A stretch of 64,000 nt of DNA, taken from Octopus vulgaris. Lineage: Eukaryota. Where the stretch lies: contig OX597832.1 in assembly GCA_951406725.2 (NCBI GenBank), positions 9,362,001 through 9,426,000 of the forward strand, written 5' to 3'. The first letter of the stretch is position 1, and every line of letters starts with the position of its first letter. The notes under the pieces are model-generated. The model was not told where the DNA came from, made no database searches, and worked only from the letters and a program-made list of their open reading frames with translations. Positions 29,478 through 43,030 of the stretch are shown here, piece by piece. Made by a program: the position numbers and the translations under genes.

Positions 29478-29686
29478 ACGGGAAGCTTTATGAAAATAGA
29501 CAAAAGACGAAGGCAGGTGGAATACAAACAAACAATTGTATTAGTATGGCGCTCAGGAATATAAATAAAACAAGTCTTTTACGTTTCGAGCCCACGCTCT
29601 TCAACAGAAAGATACACAGAAAAGAAACACGGAGAGAAACAAGGAGAGAAAAAAAATGCGTGCAGAAGCTAGCGAATCAACATGGC
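29478..29686 (-). mobile_element. ~210-bp HHR mini-element with 15-bp target-site duplication
   Basis: Flanked by gatataagtgtcata (29463-29477) and gatataagtgttata (29687-29701); homologous to 51035-51230 and 58053-58156. Confidence 0.8.
29575..29612 (-). ncRNA. Minimal type I hammerhead with A6U core variant
   Basis: UCUUU-CUGUUGA-A-GAGC-GUGG-GCUC-GAAA-CG-UA-AAAGA. Confidence 0.65.
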
Positions 29687-30104
29687 GATATAAGTGTTAT
29701 ACATGTTTCGATAGTAAGGGGAATCCAAAAGTAATTAGAAACCCACACAGTCTCTTAGTAACGTTTTTAAAAAATACATAGCATGTTGAATCTCTTGCTA
29801 ACTCAACATAATGCTAACAATAGAGAAAACGGCATTTTCATTGTAATTCGTTACCGGTCGCCTAAAAGTATATTACCTCTCACAGTTCTAATTTAAGCAT
29901 AGTGAAATGCGTTCTTCTTCCGGCACCTCGTTAATTACCAAAAATTAATTCACTTGCGTACATGTGTGAAAGAGCAATGGAGTGTTCCCGTAATGGAAAT
30001 TGCGCAATAAACCATGTAGTCTACCATATAAGGGCGTTATACATGTTGACTATGCATTGTATTGCTTCAGTCTGAAATTATTTTCATATATCATTCACTG
30101 CATA

Positions 30105-30215
30105 CAAAATCCAGTCACAAGGCTTTGGTCGGTCCGAGGCTATAGTAGAAGACACTTGCCCAAAATTGACACGCGGTTGGACTGAACTCGGAACCATGCG
30201 GTTGATAAGGAAATT
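30105..30215 (-). mobile_element. SINE family 1 5' fragment
   Basis: CACAAGGCTTTGGTCGGTCCGAGGCTATAGTAGAAGACACTTGCCC matches the family. Confidence 0.8.
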
Positions 30216-30544
30216 ACTTTATTTCAAAATTTTGCCATAGAGGCATGACACAGAGTTGCTTGCGGCTGGACAAAAATATTGATGAGATGAATGATGAAAA
30301 AGGATGATATTGATGGGAGAAGACAGAAAATGCCCGCCGATAATTAATTTTTTTTTTACACAGGCAAAAAAATACAAAACACGGTATATGTCCTAGCGTG
30401 TGTGCTGCTTTAATTTCTCGTATTTTCCGGTGGTGTTCTCTGTCTAATATTTTGACTTCAATCCACAGGGGTTATTGGTCTCCATTAAGGAAGGCTAGGG
30501 AAACATTAGGTTTATAAGGCCTAAAATTCACTCCAAAAGCGCAC

Positions 30545-31178
<634 letters not shown>

Positions 31179-31937
31179 TGTTGAATTGTACACATTTTCA
31201 GAGTTTGACTGCTTAAAACCTTATTTTATGTGTGAGGCCCTGTAAATGTAAACTGTAAAGGTTTGCTCACGAAACGTTATGTCTACGACGTACGCTGATT
31301 GTAAAATATAATTGGAGAACGTAACCTACTGGAGCTTATCGGAAGGTATGTAAAAGACAAATTCGGTCAATTCGATGCGGTGTGTGTGTGTGTCTGTGCA
31401 TGTGTTTGTGTTTGTGCACGTACGTGTCTCTGTATATTATGCAGTCAACTATTAGGATTGCCTCAGATTCTTTGGAGCAAAAAAACAGAAAACGTTTTCT
31501 TCATTACAATACTTAAAACAAAAGAAAAAGACAAAAGAATTCCGTAGTTCGACGAAAGGGAAAGATATGCGTCAGGCAATTATTACATAATACGTGAAGC
31601 TATTTATAGACAATCGTATTATATCACTTAACTGCATTACTTAATGAAAAACTGCTGACGTGTCATTGATTTCTTTCGTGTGATATGTAACTAAAAATCA
31701 CAAGCTTGTTTTATACAGGGCGTACGAAAAATGATTCAGACATTGAATGGTTAGAATATCAGTATTGATTAAATTCATTTTATTTTCAGCATCTCAGAGA
31801 ATCTATAGACTTTATTTTTTTTTATTAACGCCTGATTCGCGTTGCTTATTATTTTGTTCCAGGTTATTCTGTTAATATGAAGAAAGCTGAATCGCAAATA
31901 TCAAGGAATCTTTTGTTCACTAATTGTACGCATTATA

Positions 31938-32308
31938 GGCGCAGGAGTGGCTGTGCGGTAAGCAGCTTGCTTACCAACCGTACGTTTCCGGGTTTAGTCC
32001 CACTGCGTGGCAACTTGGGTAGGTGTCTTCTACTCGCGCCGACCAAAGCCTTGTGAGTGGATTTGGTAGACAGAAACTGAGAGAAGCACGTTGTATATAT
32101 GTATATATATATGTGTGCGTGTATATGTTTGTGTGTGCCCCCCCCACATCGGTTGGCAACTGTAACTTAGCGATTCAGCAAAAGAAACGATAGAATATGT
32201 ACTAGGCTTACAAAGAATATGCCCTGGGGGTCGATTTGCTCGACTAAAATGCGGTGCTCCAGCATGGGCACAGTCAAATAACTGAAAAAGGTAAAAGAGT
32301 AAAAGAGT
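31938..32308 (+). mobile_element. SINE family 1 copy
   Basis: GGCGCAGGAGTGGCTGTGCGGTAAG head through CAGTCAAATAACTGAAA..GTAAAAGAGT tail. Confidence 0.9.
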
Positions 32309-33189
32309 ACCCCCGTTCATATGCTACACTCAATTTGTCAACTTTTGCTTGTCGTTGTGTGCCACAAAAAATTATTTCTATCTATCACAAAAAAGGACGG
32401 TCTATTTGTTTGCGGTCAGCTGAATGCCAAGAAATCTAGTGAACCTTCTCGTCCAATCCATGTATGTGGCATCAACACTGAATGATAGGAATGTATATGT
32501 CTATGTGGTTAGTGTTCCATATTTCCTGTAATAAAACTGCACAACGCCAAACAACTCATGCACGTTTGGCAGATCGTTTCAGTAAAAGTGACAAGCCACA
32601 ACGCTACCCCACCTCACGAAAATAGCAAAAGTGTCAAATAAATTCTTTTGGGGAAAAGTTACATTATACTGTGCTTATGATAACGTATTATGATTTTCCT
32701 ACGTAATATGCAAAGTATTATGTCCTCGGTATATTCTAATACACCAGCAGTAAATTCAAATATTTAATCTAAATGTATCCTCAGCACCTCAAACAACCAT
32801 TTTGGAAAGTTTGCGCCTACTACACCTCTCGCCAAGCATCTCTTACTAAACTTCATTCTTCGCTCCGGATCATATTCAGTTAGAATACAAATAATTTTTG
32901 GAACGCAACTTTTCAAAAGACAGCGTTTCAAAATGCGACAAGAACCTGATTTTGAAATTCCTAACTGATATCTAGATTACCACATAAATTTTCTTGAACA
33001 CTTTCTTGCTTTGTGAGACTCGTGGGTGTCCGTACTGCCTCCCAACGTTCCTTTTCGACATTGTAAGCAGTTCCACCCACTTCAAAATTACCCCTGCATT
33101 TTTCTTTACACTTCAAATGCCTCTTCAATTGCTCGTAGCACTTGAGGACTCACATCCTTTGTTATGCATCTCGTTTTCATTAACATGGT

Positions 33190-33375
33190 GGCGCTGTGTC
33201 GACAATAGTCCACTTAACGCTGGGTATTTAATCTCGGAGATTATGGAGTCACCAGAGAAAACGAGACAAGGAAGTACAGTTCTCTCTGTCCCTCGATCTG
33301 AACGAATGCGTAAGCTGGGAGTATCTTCCCTTGAAGTCATTAGCTGATATACCCATATAGTGCCTAGTAATTGCA
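33190..33375 (-). mobile_element. PLE GIY-YIG endonuclease fragment (inverted relative to the adjacent RT)
   Basis: Minus frame: HYMGISANDFKGRYSQLTHSFRSRDRENCTSLSRFLW*L..SVKWTIVDTAPP matches the YIG..FKxRYxxHxxSF..TxLSxxxW..WxI pattern. Confidence 0.7.
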
Positions 33376-33433
33376 TATGATGGGTAAGGGTGGCTCTGAA
33401 TACTACGGTCCTTCCACTACATCTACGGATTAA

Positions 33434-34130
33434 TTCGGCTTCAAATCCCAAGTGTGCCCGCCACGTGTGAAAGAACTTGAGAAATTCGAGACTGATCTAT
33501 GGAACATTCTAAAGAAGGTAAGGTTTCAACATTATTTTAACCCCTTCCTTAAATCCCTACATGGCCATCTGACCAGCATTAAACAATTACTCAGCATACA
33601 CACCCTGTCAGGAAAAACAAAAAGCATTTGCAAAATGAACACTTCCACACACTCAAGTCTTCTTACGTGTGTCATCACCAAAACATAAACAAAACCAGTA
33701 ATCCCATATACAATAATATGAACGCAGGAGCAAAGGAGTTTGCCATCCGCCTTAATATAGAGGAACATATGAATTGCTTCACCACGTGACACCCCTTCAA
33801 TTTTACACTTAAGGACCTCACTTCCACTCCAATCTCAAATGCAGGATGATCAACCTCTCTAAAAGTGAGACAGGTAGTATTAGTAAAAATATTCTCGGTA
33901 TCACCAACTCGATTTCAGAATAGCTACAGGGACTTCAGCGCAAACGTGGTCGACTGGTTCCGCGGTGTGGAGAATAAATCAGCCTGTTGTTTCACCCTGT
34001 CTGACATTGTTAATTTTTCCTTTCCATATCTAAGCCCCTCGTCCTGAATGCTCTAACTGCTGTTGAGCAATGCACCAGCATTAGTCATCTTGACATCACA
34101 TCAGAATGATCATGAATGCCAGAAAGTCAA
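33434..34130 (+). mobile_element. PLE RT N-terminal remnant
   Basis: FGFKSQVCPPRVKELEKFETDLWNILKKVRF..SGKTKSICKM..CRMINLSKSE..WFRGVENKSACCFTLSDIVNF, typical of the N-terminus to motif A of metazoan C-terminal-EN PLEs; many stops. Confidence 0.75.
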
Positions 34131-34369
34131 TTCTGGGTCACGATGATTCCAGATATTGATATTGTTATTGTTATTGATATTGTTATTGTTATTGATATTG
34201 TAAATTATTGATAAACTTTTGGATAATTTTGAAATGAAATAGCCGGCATATTTATTTACTGCCGACAGGGATCTGAGCTTGCGCGGTAGATTTGAAAAAT
34301 TAGAATGAATAAGCACGGGGCATATACTGAATTGCCTCGTGTTTATATATATGTTTAATCTATGGTGTA

Positions 34370-34439
34370 CCTGCTGAAGAACGCTTCGCCTAGCAAATTA
34401 TTTTATTTGCTAAAAAAAGACTTAAACGTTTGGTCCAGG
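34370..34439 (+). ncRNA. Degenerate hammerhead-like fold downstream of the PLE remnant
   Basis: CCUG-CUGAAGA..UAGCAAAU/AUUUGCUA hairpin..UAAA (G12 lost)-CGUUUGG-UC-CAGG. Confidence 0.35.
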
Positions 34440-34826
34440 AGTTAGATGGTAAATGTTTTTATTTTTCATTCCCTTCGATATTTTATATCTAACAGTAGTT
34501 CGGAATTTCGAGTCCAATTTTAATCAGAAACTCATTGTTGGATATCAGGCTTTACTTACAGTCCGAATCATATATATATATCACATTCCATATTTTACCG
34601 TAGTTTATATCACATATCATACTACGTCGTAGTTTATTTATTTTAGGTAACTTTAATTGACTCTGGCCTTTATCGTGTAACTTCAAATGAATAGGCACAA
34701 ATACATAAGTTTACATACATAAATACATACATACATATATGCATATATATGCATACACATATGTATGTATCTTCTCCCTCTCGATATATCATGTGTTTGT
34801 ACATATTCACATACATATATACATAG

Positions 34827-34867
<41 letters not shown>

Positions 34868-34878
34868 CACACATATAC

Positions 34879-34935
<57 letters not shown>

Positions 34936-35840
34936 TATATATACATATCCAATATATATGTGTGTGTGTACATATACATATATAGACATATACATATACA
35001 TACATATACGTCAAGAGAGCCTTTTCTTTTACATACTTCCCTTGCATGAATCCTAATTCCCCTTTCTAGTTCTTTAAATATTCTCGTTTTCTGAAATTTC
35101 TTTTAGATATTTTCAATGAGTTTTTCATGTTCTTTGAATATTAATTTGATAATTTGCCTGTTCATCTTATTGCTTATTTTACATTACGTTTGAAAGTTTT
35201 CTTTTTTCTTTAAAACCAAACGAGCATGGATATGCTCTTCGTGTTTCATAAATTTTCCATATATTTCCCATAATTTCCTTTTAAATTCTCAATGATTCAT
35301 TTAATCGTAAGAAGTGAGACATTTAGAGATGAAATGATTACTTTTTTTTGTTTTTACTTTACCTCTCAATATCCAAATTTGTAAATGGGCAACGTTGCTG
35401 TTTAATCCTAAATTGCATTCAAATGTCACATATTTATAGAACATTAAAACTAATAAAATATTGTGAAAATATATTTCAAGGAAATTTCAGTTTCGTTTTG
35501 TTGTAAACGTACTAATGGATATTTATAAATTTGAATATTCTTTAATCATTCTTATAATAATATTCTAACATTATACATTCATAGACATTTATACAACACA
35601 TAAGGAACATTAGAACGTCGTTTTTACCTTTTCGCTTCTGACCATATTAAAACTATAGGAATTGGATACAAAGGCAGTATCATGTGACTTTAGATAAGTT
35701 AACATTTCATATTAATACAGAAAATGAGGACTACATGCGCATAAAAATTACAATACATTTTATTCTATTCCCTGTAGTATATAACAATAATATTAGTAAA
35801 TATGATATTTGATACGCAAATAATAATCAGGTACTTCAAT

Positions 35841-36251
35841 AAAACGGCGAGCTGGCAGGATCGTTCGGAGGCCGGGCGTATTTCGTTTGCCGTTATGCTC
35901 TTAGGTCAAATTCTGCCGAGGTCAACTTGCCTTTTATCCTTTCGGGAACGATAAATTAAGTACCAGTTACGCAATGGGGTCGATGTGATCGAATTAATCT
36001 GTTTTTCTGTCCTTTTTGTCCTCTCTGTGTTTAGCCCCTTGTGGATAGTAAAGGAAGTGGTATTTCGTCTGTCAAAGACATACGAAATACCGATATGCAT
36101 TTCTGAGTTCTAAGTTCAAATTCCGCCGGAATAGACTTTCCCTTTCTTCCTTTAGAGGTCGATAAATTAAGTGCCACTTGCGTAATGGGATAGATATAAT
36201 CGACTAGACCTCCCCAAAAAAATTTCGAGTCTTGTGCCTAGAGTAGAAAAG
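35841..36251 (+). mobile_element. Dimeric SINE family 2 with 20-bp TSD
   Basis: CGGCGAGCTGGCAG head and a repeated GTTCAAATTC..GTCGATAAATTAAGT core; aataataatcaggtacttca at 35819-35838 and 36252-36271. Confidence 0.85.
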
Positions 36252-36365
36252 AATAATAATCAGGTACTTCATTGTTAAGTAGGGTACTGTAGATAATAGA
36301 CATTATATATCAACCTATCTCTCGTTCTTCGCTTGTATGTGCATGCAAATTCTTATACTCTCCCA

Positions 36366-36600
36366 TCTCTTTTACTTGTTTCAGTAATTTGACTGTGGCC
36401 ATGCAGGAGCACTGTCTTTAGTCGAGCAAACCGCCACTCCCCAGAACTTATTCTTTGTAAGCCTAGTACTTATTCTATCGGTCTGTTTTCTCGAACCGCT
36501 AAGTTACGGGGACGTAAACACACCAGCATAGCTTGTTAACTGATGTTCGGTGGACAAACACAGACACACAAACATAGACTCACACGCACATACACATATA
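36366..36600 (-). mobile_element. SINE family 1 3' half
   Basis: CTCTTTTACTTGTTTCAG..GAACCGCTAAGTTACGGGGACGTAAACACACC matches the family; truncated at its central (TA)n. Confidence 0.85.
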
Positions 36601-36609
36601 TAAAATATA

Positions 36610-36670
<61 letters not shown>

Positions 36671-36856
36671 TAAGCAATTAAGGGTTTAGCAACGAATTGC
36701 CTCGCCACACACCGAATTTAGAAATAGCAGTCAAAGAGTTATAGCTATTCTTTCTACTAAAAGGGAGATCTCAGTAAAAACACAGCACTTGAAAGGCAAA
36801 CACAGACAGGTAAGAGAGAATGAAATGACGGCAATGCATCATACAATTTTAAGTCA

Positions 36857-36948
36857 CCTACGGACGTACGTTTCGAAATCAAGTTTTAGGAAAGCATAAG
36901 AATTAGAAAATTCTACCTTACCCAAACTTCTTTTCTCATCAGCGTAGG
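36857..36948 (-). ncRNA. Type I hammerhead ribozyme, canonical core with GUC site, long stem II
   Basis: Minus strand: CCUACG-CUGAUGA-GAAA..UUUC-GAAA-CGUACG-UC-CGUAGG; 6-bp stem I, palindromic stem III; cleavage between 36863 and 36862. Confidence 0.88.
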
Positions 36949-37034
36949 ATACTACAATTATGAATAATTGTATATTAAATTTTGAGATACTAGAAGGCAA
37001 AATCTCAACTCAGTGTGATTTTAATGATTCCGAA

Positions 37035-37325
37035 AGGGGGCAATTACCTGGGACTACCGAGCAGATGTCGCTATAATTGCAACGATCTATGCTTTGAAAA
37101 CGGGACCGAAACCAGCCGCTTTCAGGACAGCTATCAAGTACTAATGCTCGACTCTATCAAAAGCTTTTGCTTGATCAAAATTGATCAACGCCCCACCAAT
37201 ACCAGATTCCTTACCTACACTGTCTATGATATATCGCGTGAGGTGGAGTTTGTCGTGGATAGATCTGTTCGAGGGCATGTTTGCACCTCACTGACTAATC
37301 TAGCAACGACAAGCGCCAACAGGAG
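37035..37325 (-). mobile_element. Tx1/L1-clade LINE RT fragment
   Basis: Minus strand: LVSEVQTC..SIHDKLHLTRYII..GALINFDQAKAFDRVEH*YLIAVLKAAGFGPVF. Confidence 0.8.
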
Positions 37326-38395
37326 ATATCTGAATTTGAAATGTTGTAATTGTATAATTGCAATTCTGATCTACCGGAACTAGAGATAGGAATCACAAAT
37401 GTATTTATCCGGATATTCATTACTTACTTACAACTCAAGATTATACGAGACAATTTGGTAGTTAATTGCAAAGAATCCATGGCTACAAAGCTAGAGAACT
37501 GTGTTGCCAGTGTTATACTTTCGGATGCTGCCACTATTGCTCATGTCATTGATATTGTTTTATTCTTACGTAAGACAACATCAGTGAAATAGCCCAGTCC
37601 AAAATGGATTAGTGTATAACCATTCCATGTTATTAAATAAATTGATCTAACTATGTAATCGGTAATGCTATTCGTCCTATATTTTCTTTCAGATTTTCGA
37701 TTGAAGAGTTACATAAAATGTGTAAATGGTACAAACATTAGTACCGCATATAAGAAGATTGGGTGGTCTTCCGGTTGTCTGAACTCTGAGTTGAAATCCC
37801 GCTGCCGTAATTGTCTCACATTGTTTGCAAATTCTTAAACAAGATACTAGTTCACATAAGTGAATAAATTGATTTATTACAGCGACAATGAATCAGCCCA
37901 TGAAAGCTTTGATATTTTAGTATTGTTTATTCATCGTATAAGATTGGTGCATATCGTAAGAAAGGCTATACTAATTGTATTTTGCCTTAAACAAGTCAGG
38001 AATCGTTAGACAAAACAACAATAGAAAACTCCCGTTCAAATGGGCTGATATTCATTCAAGCCATTACAAAGAGATACAAACGTTTATAAAGTTATGCATT
38101 CTCGTGCTCAGATGTACAGCCACACCACAATAGTTTTCTTGTGTTTTCTCTATGATGTATACATAGTTTCATTGTTATAGATTTGCTAACAGTACATCCT
38201 TATAATTTTCACATATATTCGTCTGAGTTATTTATGCTGTTGATTGTATTTAATTGTAAAGGTAAGAAGAAAAAGAGCAGATTTAAAGAATTGGGTTGAA
38301 TATATGTTTATTCGGAGCAGGTGCCTGTGAATTAGATAAAAATACATTAAACATCTGTGTAAGGAAAATTGTGGGAGAGAGACAAGTATATTATA

Positions 38396-38625
38396 GCGGC
38401 GAGCTGGCAGAATCGTTAGCACGCCGGGCGAAATGCTTCGCAGTATTTCGTCTGCCGCTACGTTCTGAGTTCATATTCCGCCGAGGTCGACTTTACCTTT
38501 CATCCTTTCGGGGTCGATAAATAAAGTACCAGTTTCGCACTGGGGTCGATGTAATCGACTTAATCCCTTTGTCTCTCCTTGTTTGTCCCCTCTATGCTTA
38601 GCCCCCTGTGGGCAGTAAAGAAATA
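38396..38625 (+). mobile_element. SINE family 2 monomer
   Basis: GCGGCGAGCTGGCAGAATCGTTAGCACGCCGGGCG..GAGTTCATATTCC..GGGGTCGATAA..; homologous to 35845. Confidence 0.9.
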
Positions 38626-41522
38626 TATACTATATCGTAATGACATTGTAGGCGTGTATTATGGAAGTATGGGGATATATTTGTCTATAGTCTGCACTCC
38701 GTCCTTGAGAGAGCCGAATAGTTTTCTGAAAATTTCGGATCTGAATGCATTGTTCATTTAGAGTAAATATCTTTCTTGGGGTGGAAATGAAAGCCCATAT
38801 TTCAAAACTGATGTGCTTCATTTTAACAAGTAAGTATACAGAAGATTTTAAACAAGTGCACGTTTGTTCATGGAACCGATACTATTCAGAATTTTTAACT
38901 TTGATTAAATTACAATAAGAGAAAGCTTGCAGGATACATATACATTTTTATGTATCGATCAAGGGTGAATTTGTGAGTTCGTTAATACCAACAAAAAATT
39001 GTTAGTCCGTTAATGCCAACAAAAGGCAAGGTAGTAGCTTGAAAATGATTGATATAACATTTTTCACATTTTTCACTGTCTGACAAGACCATATAAAGAT
39101 TTAGAGAGCCAAATTTCCACTGCGTTATTCTCGTTGTCTCAAGTATATGACAAAACATAATTTTTATGATAATATCTACCTGAAAACCGGCACGATGCCT
39201 CATTAATCTTTGTGCTCTAATGTAAACTAGGATATAAATTCATGCATATATAGTCGATGCTGTCACCCCGCGTTTAACTTTATAAATCTCTTTGGGCCGC
39301 CACAAAATTAAGGAATCCTGTGTTTAATTTAACGTTATATGCTTGGATTTCTGAACAGTTTGCTATCTTTGGAAATAGTGTATTCTGGATAAAATTAGAT
39401 TATGAGTGAAACGAAAATTATTTTGCAGCAAAAATGTGTGCCTTTAACCCTTGGGTGGCCATAATTTGTTGAATTACTGAAAATCATATTGATGCAACAT
39501 TCCAAGGTAACGTAATCGCAGGGAAGCATACATTTATGAGAACAGTGTGTTGTCTTTATTTAATTGCAGATCCCTTTAGATATATTAACCAAATCTCCCG
39601 TAAATTCTTGTCAATTATCGTAGAAATTAACATAGGATATCATTCTAAATGAACAATGGATGTAATGCAGGTAGGCTATATTGAAAATGTTGTTAATTTT
39701 ATATTCTTCTGTTAAAGGAGGCCTGAAACTGGAGATAATATATGTAGATACTATATTATAATACCACAGGCTGCATCCATTTTATTGAATTTTATGTAAC
39801 AGCATTTATCGCTTGGTATCAGTTAAACACGACTGTAAACCACATTTCAAATTCAACAAACTATTTGATAGTTTCGGCATGTTTTAATTCATTTTACACT
39901 CGACTTTAGGTATTCAAATGTAAAATTAGAAGAAAATGTCATTTCGATAAAACTTCAATTACTCAAATAAAATTGATTGTATTAATTAGCTAAAAGTTTC
40001 GACGAAAAGATGCCTGTTTCTGTATCAAAGTAAGTGGTTTGCAGAAATAGAATTATTACACTCTGTAAAGAAATGTCTTCTGTTGACCTGAGGTTTTATT
40101 TCGGCGAAGTGAAATCCGGCGAATTAATCAGTATTTGTCAAATTGATAAGTCTGATCGTTTCTCACTAAAACGCATTATTTTTAACCGTTGAATGAGAGA
40201 GAAAATTTCATAATCATAGCAGGCATCTGCATAAATTAACTAGATGGAACTCATTAGATTTACGGCAGAGCGGACTATATAATTTAAATATGCAGATGAC
40301 AAATATAAATTTTGTCAAACGCTTTTGAGAAAAGCATTCAAATTTTAAAGAAATAACATTCCAGATTTATAAATGTGTAAGCCACGTGATTAGGATTATA
40401 GTTAACGCATACCGTTCTAGTTTAGAAACTCATTCACTGAAATATGGTGTGGATCTTGTTAGGGTGAAGATGATCCTACAGACTGGTGATCAAAAGCACT
40501 CCAAAGATTAACATCTGGTAATTTTTATAATATCTCGGATCAAATGGTGCGAGATATCTTTCTCTTATAAGCTAGATGATCGGGAAAGATTTTATTCGTA
40601 CATCTAGAAGGTCGGGTAGCTACCTAGAGATGCATTCGTTTTATTCAAACTTCAATGTGCTTAATTCAAAGCACATAAAATTATTAAGTAATTAGAAGAA
40701 AATACAGAAACGATCCAATGTCTCCCTAACCCGTGAAAGAACATGCAACAATCGATGACTTTGATCTTGAGATCCAAATATAATATTGCTAAAAAATTTG
40801 ATTTGCTTTGCATAGACACATGCATTCATGTACACGTGTGCGTATGTTCGATTGTATTGTACTGCATTTAATCTCAGCATAATTATAATTTACCTCCTTT
40901 TTTTTTATCGTAAGGCTCTGGTCATGGTGGGGCACTAGTTTGAAGATTATTTTAAATTCAAATAAATGGAAGATAATGCTTAATTCTTCTAAGCCTGGTG
41001 TTTATTCCATCGGCCTTTTTTTTGTCGAATATATTGATTATAAGAACGTAAACACCCTGACACCGGTGAGCGACTAAACTTATATTACATGTTAATACAT
41101 ACATACACACACACACACACATGCACAAACACGAACACACACACACATACACACACACATATATCACAACAGAACTTCATAATACATTTAGATATGCCGA
41201 CGTCCGTAAGTTTATAACAAAGAGGGTGTTCTTATTATCATATTAGATAATGAATATTTTTTTGTGAAAGCCTTGTAGTTTTGAAAATTTATACGCAGTA
41301 TTGCTGGTTATACAGAATGGTGGTTTTTGTAGGCATCTTGCCGTTAACGATACGAACACGATAAGCGGAAAAAAAATATGCATAAATTCTAAATACTAGT
41401 TATTTGTCGCTCACCGTAATATCTATACTCCACTAGATTGAATATGTAAATGAATTAAATATAATACACGCACGCGCACACACACACACATACACACACA
41501 TATATATGCATATATATGTGTA

Positions 41523-41585
<63 letters not shown>

Positions 41586-41629
41586 TGTTAATATTATTAT
41601 TATTATTATTATTATTATCATTTTTAAAT

Positions 41630-41730
41630 ACGGCAACGAGCTGGCAGAATCGCTAGCACGCTGGATAGAATACTTAGCCATATTTCGCCCGTCGCTACAT
41701 GCAAAATTCAAATTCCACCGAGGCCGAATT
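41630..41730 (+). mobile_element. SINE family 2 5' fragment
   Basis: GGCAACGAGCTGGCAGAATCGCTAGCACGCTGG..TTCAAATTCCACCGAGG. Confidence 0.75.
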
Positions 41731-42108
41731 TGGTCACTCATAAATAATGGTAACCACCAACAAGGGAAATGTTTTATATCGTAGAATTCTATAAATAACA
41801 TCCAACAGTAATACGATAATATGCATCTACAGGACAAATTATAAGTGGCTGTATGTCTAACATGACAAATATTTAACGGTTATTTGCGCGAATTGTTGCA
41901 ATGTAGGTATAAATGAGGCTATGCAACAGTTTTACTAAAAATATATTTGAACACGAGATTTTACTAAGGCAATATTAGCAGCTATACTTACATAGGCAAT
42001 TATTTTTTTCTGAAATAGCAGGTGATTCACGATTAAAAGTATCGAACGAACATGGCGTAAAAAGTAGTGTAATGTAGATTCGGAGATGAATCAGTTATAT
42101 ATGTATAT

Positions 42109-43030
42109 ACTAGCTGAGGTACACTGTAATAACCAGGAGCAGGGATATTCTAAGTAATCATTACAATGCGGTATTTTTTCTCTGACGGAAAATGAAAGAC
42201 ATAGGACAGATAATAGAAGGTGTAAGCAAATTCATTCACGAAACATTTATACAAATGAATACGTGTGGAATCGGAAAATGACAATTGTTTGGTCACATTA
42301 GTGGTGAGTGGAAAGCTGCAAATATATAATCAATAGAAACATCAAGAGGGAACTTATAAAGGAGTACTACGAAAACAAAAGTACATAAACGTTTGAAAAG
42401 TAAACAAAAAAGGAAAAGGCACTTAATTTGACAACTGCGTATCATGGGGATGGTTCCACTGATCGTGAGAATGAAATATGGATTGCAACGGTTAGTACTG
42501 ATAGTTTTAAATACAGGTGTTAAGAAAATACAAGTTATATGTTTTAGGACACAAAGTTGCAGCGTTTAGAATCGAGGAATTTAGGTGCAAGTTTTAAGAG
42601 AATACATGTTACAGCAATCTGAGAATGCTGAATTAATTGATGAGCATTTTAACCACACAACGATTTAGTCCAAATTTTCTTGATCAGCTTATCAAAAATC
42701 ATCTTACGCATTACTGGAGTGGCCTAAGTAAAGATTTCTTTGTAACAAGCCATCCTTAGCGCATAATCCATCAGTGTATAACATTTTCAGAAAATCGGTT
42801 GAAAACGTTAAAAGTCATGGAAGAAAATAACATTCATGTGAGAATTTGCATTGACACGTCCTATTGATTTGTTTAAAAAACCAAGGTTTATTAAAAATGA
42901 TCAATTTTTAAAAAAATTCTAAGTGTGTACATGATCGCATGGGCATAAGCCCCCCACACGTGTCAAGTTTCATGAAAATCGGTTGGATAGTCTCGGATGG
43001 GGTTAGAGTAACAAATTCACACACACACCC
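42109..43030 (-). mobile_element. Putative non-autonomous Helitron-like repeat (copy A)
   Basis: 42790-43028 is homologous to 43633-43868 (AAAATCGGTTGAAAAC..GTGTCAAGTTTCATGAAAATCGGTTGGATAGTCTCGGA); ACTAG at 42109 could be the CTAG 3' end; outer boundary uncertain. Confidence 0.4.

Noticed and set aside
32600-32790. Minus-strand CTGAGGA with a possible stem and a faint TTTGAC..GCTATTT motif downstream
   Set aside because: GAAA and the cleavage triplet are not recoverable; too degenerate to call
39444-39480. TTAACCCT piggyBac-like terminus
   Set aside because: No matching opposite end found
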